This document shows, in pieces, positions 59,950 to 64,000 of a stretch of 64,000 nucleotides of DNA; position 1 is the stretch's first letter, and the number at the start of each line of letters is the position of its first letter. Origin of the DNA: Camelus dromedarius (lineage: Eukaryota). The stretch spans positions 121,212,001 through 121,276,000 of the forward strand of contig NC_087437.1 of the NCBI RefSeq assembly GCF_036321535.1, written 5' to 3'. The position numbers and the translations under genes were made by a program. The notes under the pieces are model-generated. The model did not search any database, was not told where the DNA came from, and saw nothing but the letters and a program-made list of their open reading frames with translations.

Positions 59950-61080
59950 GAGCCACAGCGGAGCGCGCGTGGGGAGGGCGTGGCGCACCCGGGAGGAGGG
60001 GTCCAGGTCAGGCCTCTCGGAGCCCCTGTCCCCAGCCTGTGCCCTCTCGGCGCCCCGCAGTGAGGACGGAGGAAGGGACCACGCGCACGCGAGGGACAGC
60101 AGAGCCCAGGCCGCCGGGACCGTGGGTCCCCGCACTAGGGGCGTAGTGACGGAGGGTCCCGGGAAGGGAAGAGGTCCAGGGGAAGGGCGGTCCCAGAGAG
60201 GGCTGGGGATGGGGGCGACGTCGGGGGACGGGACCCCGGCGGGTCCTGACTGGGAGAGGGTCTCTGCGAGAGAGAGAGTGCCGGCGAGAATGGTCCGGGC
60301 TAGGGGCGCCCAGGCTCCGGGACCTCGGCCCACCGGAGGCGGGGGCGGAGTTCGAGGGCCGCCGCCCCTGCATGGGGCGGGGCCCAAGCGGAGGGGCGGA
60401 GCTCGTGGGCGGAGCGGCCCGTGGGGGCGGGGCCAAAGGTTGGTGCTCGAGGGTGGGCGGGGCCTAGGGCGGAGTCTGGGTGGAGGGCGGGGCGCGAGGC
60501 TGGGAGGGGGAGGGGAGCCGAGCGGAGCCGGGCGGCGCGGGGTGGGGGCGGGGAGGCCCGGCGGCGCCCCTGGGCCCTGGCCCGGGAGGCCGACGGCTAC
60601 GGGCGGCGGAGGGCGGCGAGGCCGGAGGCGCGGGCGCGGGCACGGCGGGGACGGCGGGCCGGGGGTCCGAGTCCGGGGCCCGGCCCGCGCCCGCCGGCCC
60701 TTACCTTGGGCTTCTCCTCGGACATGGCTGCGCGCGGCGGGCGGCGGGGCAACAGACAGCGCCGGGCAGGCGACTCACGCTCTCGGCCCGCCGCTCTCCC
60801 GCCGCAACTGCTCGCGGGGCCGCGCTTTGCCCCCAAATCCCCTCTCGCCGGTTGGCTGCCGCTGGTCACGTGGCGGGTGCGCGCGCACGAGGCGCGCTCC
60901 CGGGGCATCGGGGCCGCGCCTGGCCGCCCGAGGTTCCTGGTGGTTGAAAATGCGTCACCGGGCGGGGCCCCGCGCGATCCGGCGTCGGGACTTCGGGGGC
61001 ACTCAGGGCAGCTGGGGAGGGTGGGGCGCACAGGGTAGCTAGGGTGGGGAAGCACGCTGGGACCCGGGGTTGGGGGCCGC
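59950..61080. promoter_or_regulatory. CpG island / SUMO3 promoter
   Basis: CpG-dense block over exon 1, with E-box GTCACGTGG at 60865-60873, palindromic TGCGCGCGCA at 60878-60887 and many GGGCGG boxes. Confidence 0.9.
60705..60725 (-). CDS. SUMO3: SUMO3 coding exon 1 (21 nt, MSEEKPK)
   Basis: GCAGCCATGTCC start in a CpG island, with donor AAG|GTAAGG. MSEEKPK distinguishes SUMO3 from SUMO2 (MADEKPK). Confidence 0.97.
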
Positions 61081-61764
61081 ACTGGGACCTCGGGGATGCT
61101 CAGAGTCAGGCCATCAGGCCTGGCAGGTGCTGGGTCAGGGACCAGGCCTGGCGCATTATCTTGGATCCTGAGCATGGCCTGTCCAGCTCCTCAGGGACCT
61201 GGTCCCCCCACCTTGTCCTTCGCTTACCGCAGTTCCAGCCGCCAAGCCGGGGTGCCCCCACTGGTTTCCTCTATGGTGAGTGTGTTTCCTAGAGGGGAAA
61301 AAGGAAAATAAAGCCAACCTGGTGAACTACCTCCAGTGGCTACAGGGGACATGGGTGGGAGAGGGGTGTCTTGGGAGCCGACCCCACTGCTGGGAAAGGC
61401 TCTGTTCGCCTTCACGGAGGAGCCAGGTGTCTGGTCATGAGGACCGGCTGAAGGAAGAAGGCGTCCAAGACTGACCCACCTGGTAGTTCCATCCATCAAG
61501 TCCACACAGGCTCCACCCAGAGCTCCCGGTGGACAGGGGCATAAACAGGGCACTTTCAGGGGGGCATCAGGGAAGTGGGAAGTCTCACTCCATCCACTTC
61601 GCCCCACACACTTGGCCTGGCTGCGCGCTCTGTGGCTTGCTCCTCTGCCCTTGTGCAGTGCCCCTTTGGGCCTTCTGAGCCAGGCAAGTGGAAGCTTAGC
61701 ACCTGGGGGGAGGGGGGGTACCCGACGCCCTCTTGTGACCGTTTTGCAGGCCTATCAGGAGTGC

Positions 61765-62335
61765 ACACTCAGCACCTGATGCTAGGGCTCTGCACCTGAA
61801 CCTCACAACAGCCCACTCTACAGGTGAGGAAGTTGAAGCACCTGAGGTCCCAGCGTGGGTAAGCAGTGCAGCTGGGATTTGAACACAAGCAAGGTCAGAC
61901 CAGTGTGCTCTACTGTCTCTGGGGCAAACCCAGGGCTAGACCCCTCACCCCCACTCAAGACAGGTGGAAACGGGCACTCAGGTGGGCACAGGAGACGTGC
62001 TGGAGAACGGGGGCCAGGGTCAGGTGTCCCCAGGACTTTGAGGCAGCTGTTCTTCAGAGGCCCTGGCTCTTCCTGTCCCTGTCTGGAACCGAAATGCCTT
62101 CAGATGCAGTGACCAGGGACAGCCAACGTATATTGACCACTCAGGGTGTGCCAGGCATGGTACTGAGCTAGGATCACCCCACCCAAGGCTCACAACACTC
62201 TGGAGCAGGGACCCTCATGATCCTTGTTTTGACAATTAGGGAGTGAAGGTTTGGGGGGTGGGGGTGGACTGCACAGGGTCATGCAGCTAGAGGTAGTGGG
62301 GTCCGGATTTGAACCTAAGTGACTGAATGGCTTCC
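61765..62335 (-). mobile_element. Two MIR fragments (about 61765-61905 and 62130-62335)
   Basis: CCTCACAACAGCCC..ACAGGTGAGGAAGTTGAAGCAC..GCTGGGATTTGAAC and a second CTCACAACACTCT..GGATTTGAACCTA. Confidence 0.65.
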
Positions 62336-62799
62336 CTCCTGTCTGAGTAAGACCCAACTGACTACATCTGCTCATTTCATCAAAAGCCCACGGAGCCAAG
62401 TTTTCATGGGCCTTAATTTCACAAACCATTTTTGACTCTTAAACATTCACCTCCTTGGCTAAAGGCACCACTTAGGAGAAGGGGAGGGGGCTTACTGAAA
62501 TGGAGCTGGTGTGTCACAGGCTGGCAAAGTCTCCATTGAAAGTTCTGGTCAGAGCCAGCCTCCATCTCAGCCAGGTCCAAGGGTTTGGTGCCTTTCATGA
62601 TGGAGTCTGGACTGTGTCTCCTCTACCAGAGGACTCCTAGGTACCAGGGCCAGCTCGAGCTGTGCCTCCGGGAGAGGGGAGTCTCCAGGGACTGGCCTCT
62701 TCCAGGACAGAGATGGACAATGCTAGGACAATGGGGACCAGAACCACCCCCAAGACTGGCTGTGGTGTGACTTTCGGTAGGGAGTGTTTGGACCCATCA

Positions 62800-62950
62800 T
62801 CCATCCTCCACCATCAACTGTAAAACATAACATTGTTTTATTTAACACAGACACATTAAGCTACGACAGGTTACGGATGGAAGACACGTTCTTGTTTCAG
62901 ACTTGTTAACATGTGAAGAGTATGTAACTTAGAATTGATGGAATACAGTA
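62800..62950. mobile_element. MER104/Kanga-like TcMar-Tc2 DNA transposon end
   Basis: AAGACACG..TTTCAGA..TGTTAACATGTGAA..CTTAGAATTGATGGAATACAG+TA resembles the Tc2-type terminal repeat followed by a TA target. Confidence 0.55.
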
Positions 62951-63254
62951 GCTAAATGTGCTAAAATAAGAAATTAAACCATGGTTCATTCATATAATGA
63001 AAGTCTATGTCACTATTGAAAGAAATGTGTAAAAAAAGAGTAATGATAACAGGAAAAGATGCTCATATGTTGATAAGTTTTTAAAAAACAAATTATAAAG
63101 CCACTGTGGTTTTGGATAGCCAGAATATCTGTATAAAATATTTTGAAAATCTGTTTGAAAATATCAGATCACTAGCAAAACAGAGAAGACTTTCTCTGAG
63201 GGGTAAAGACCCGAGAAAGATTTTTCCTTTGAGGTATGTGGTGATTAGTACGAT

Positions 63255-63455
63255 GCGTTAGTCAGCCCAGCTGCTGTAACAAAATACCCTAGACTGGGCA
63301 GCTTAAACAGACATTTATTCTCCCGCAGTTCTGCAGGCTGGGAGTCCAAGACCAAGGTGTGGACAGAGTGGGTGTCTCCTGAGGCCTCTCTCCTCGGCTT
63401 GTAGGCAGCTGCCTTCTCCCTGTGTCCTCACATGGCCTTTCCTCTGCACAGACAG
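63255..63455 (-). mobile_element. MLT1-like MaLR LTR fragment
   Basis: GCTGCTGTAACAAAATACC..ACTGGGCAGCTTAAACAGACATTTATT..GTCCAAGACCAAGGTG..TGTGTCCTCACATGG. Confidence 0.8.
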
Positions 63456-63829
63456 AAGGAGAAGGAGGAAGAGACAGACACAGTGCAGCCCCTAATAAAG
63501 ACAGTGGACAAGAAGTTGAGACACTAAGCAGTACTTCTGAGTCTCATAGGCTGGGGGAGACAATAACTGGGCAGAGCCTGCTGCAAGAATAACTGGTAGG
63601 AGGCTCTGATAATAACCCAGACCTTCTGCTGGAGCAGTGAGTCCCACAGCAAAGGAGTAAGGCTGAGGTGTAAAGGATCAGCCCTCGCAAAGACCGAAAC
63701 CCAGCATCCAGACGGCTCACTCCCGCACTGGACCCAGCTGACCTGCTCTCCTTCCCACTGCCAGCCTGATGCAAGGGAGCCAGGAAGTAAATGATCCAAA
63801 ACCAAAGGGGGAAATTGTATCAATTAGCT

Positions 63830-64000
63830 ATCATATAAATACATATGTATTATTATATAAATATATTACATAAATATATACATATTATATAAATATATAC
63901 AATTATCTATTATATAAATATATAGTATTATATAAATTATATATATACATATTTAAATATACATATTATATAAATATACACATAATTATGTAATGTGTAA
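63830..64000. repeat. AT-rich (TA)n-type low-complexity repeat running off the window end
   Basis: Repeated TATATAAATATAT/ACATAT units. Confidence 0.9.

Noticed and set aside
1..64000. Hundreds of 60-350 aa six-frame ORFs (e.g. 59969-61042, 772-1566, 13434-14216)
   Set aside because: They are Pro/Gly/Arg/Ala-rich, overlap on all frames, often start at non-ATG codons and show no recognisable domain; this is expected by chance in GC-rich DNA.
1..64000. CRISPR arrays, operons or other prokaryotic/foreign inserts
   Set aside because: No regularly spaced repeats or gene-dense segment; the whole window is consistent with native mammalian sequence.

Overview
This is mammalian genomic DNA, very probably from a camelid (Camelus/Vicugna/Lama), because it carries two vic-1-type tRNA-derived SINEs. 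It is GC-rich and syntenic with human 21q22.3. Two complete spliced genes lie head-to-tail on the minus strand, each with a CpG-island promoter. SUMO3 has 4 coding exons (60725->51879, 104 aa) and UBE2G2 has 6 coding exons (47531->21462, 165 aa). I reconstructed all coding exon boundaries by hand; all are GT-AG and both frames are intact. The rest is intronic or intergenic and rich in old and young repeats (L1, L2, MIR, MaLR/ERV LTRs, DNA transposons, microsatellites). Almost all supplied six-frame ORFs are chance products of GC-rich DNA. I found no convincing previously undescribed biological system. The findings are modest: GC-shifted ancient repeats, a young L1 with a perfect TSD, a non-human SUMO3 propeptide, splice and poly(A) regulatory candidates, and a few unexplained AT-rich islands. 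Repeat family names and comparisons with human proteins come from memory of consensus sequences, not from a search, and repeat boundaries are approximate.
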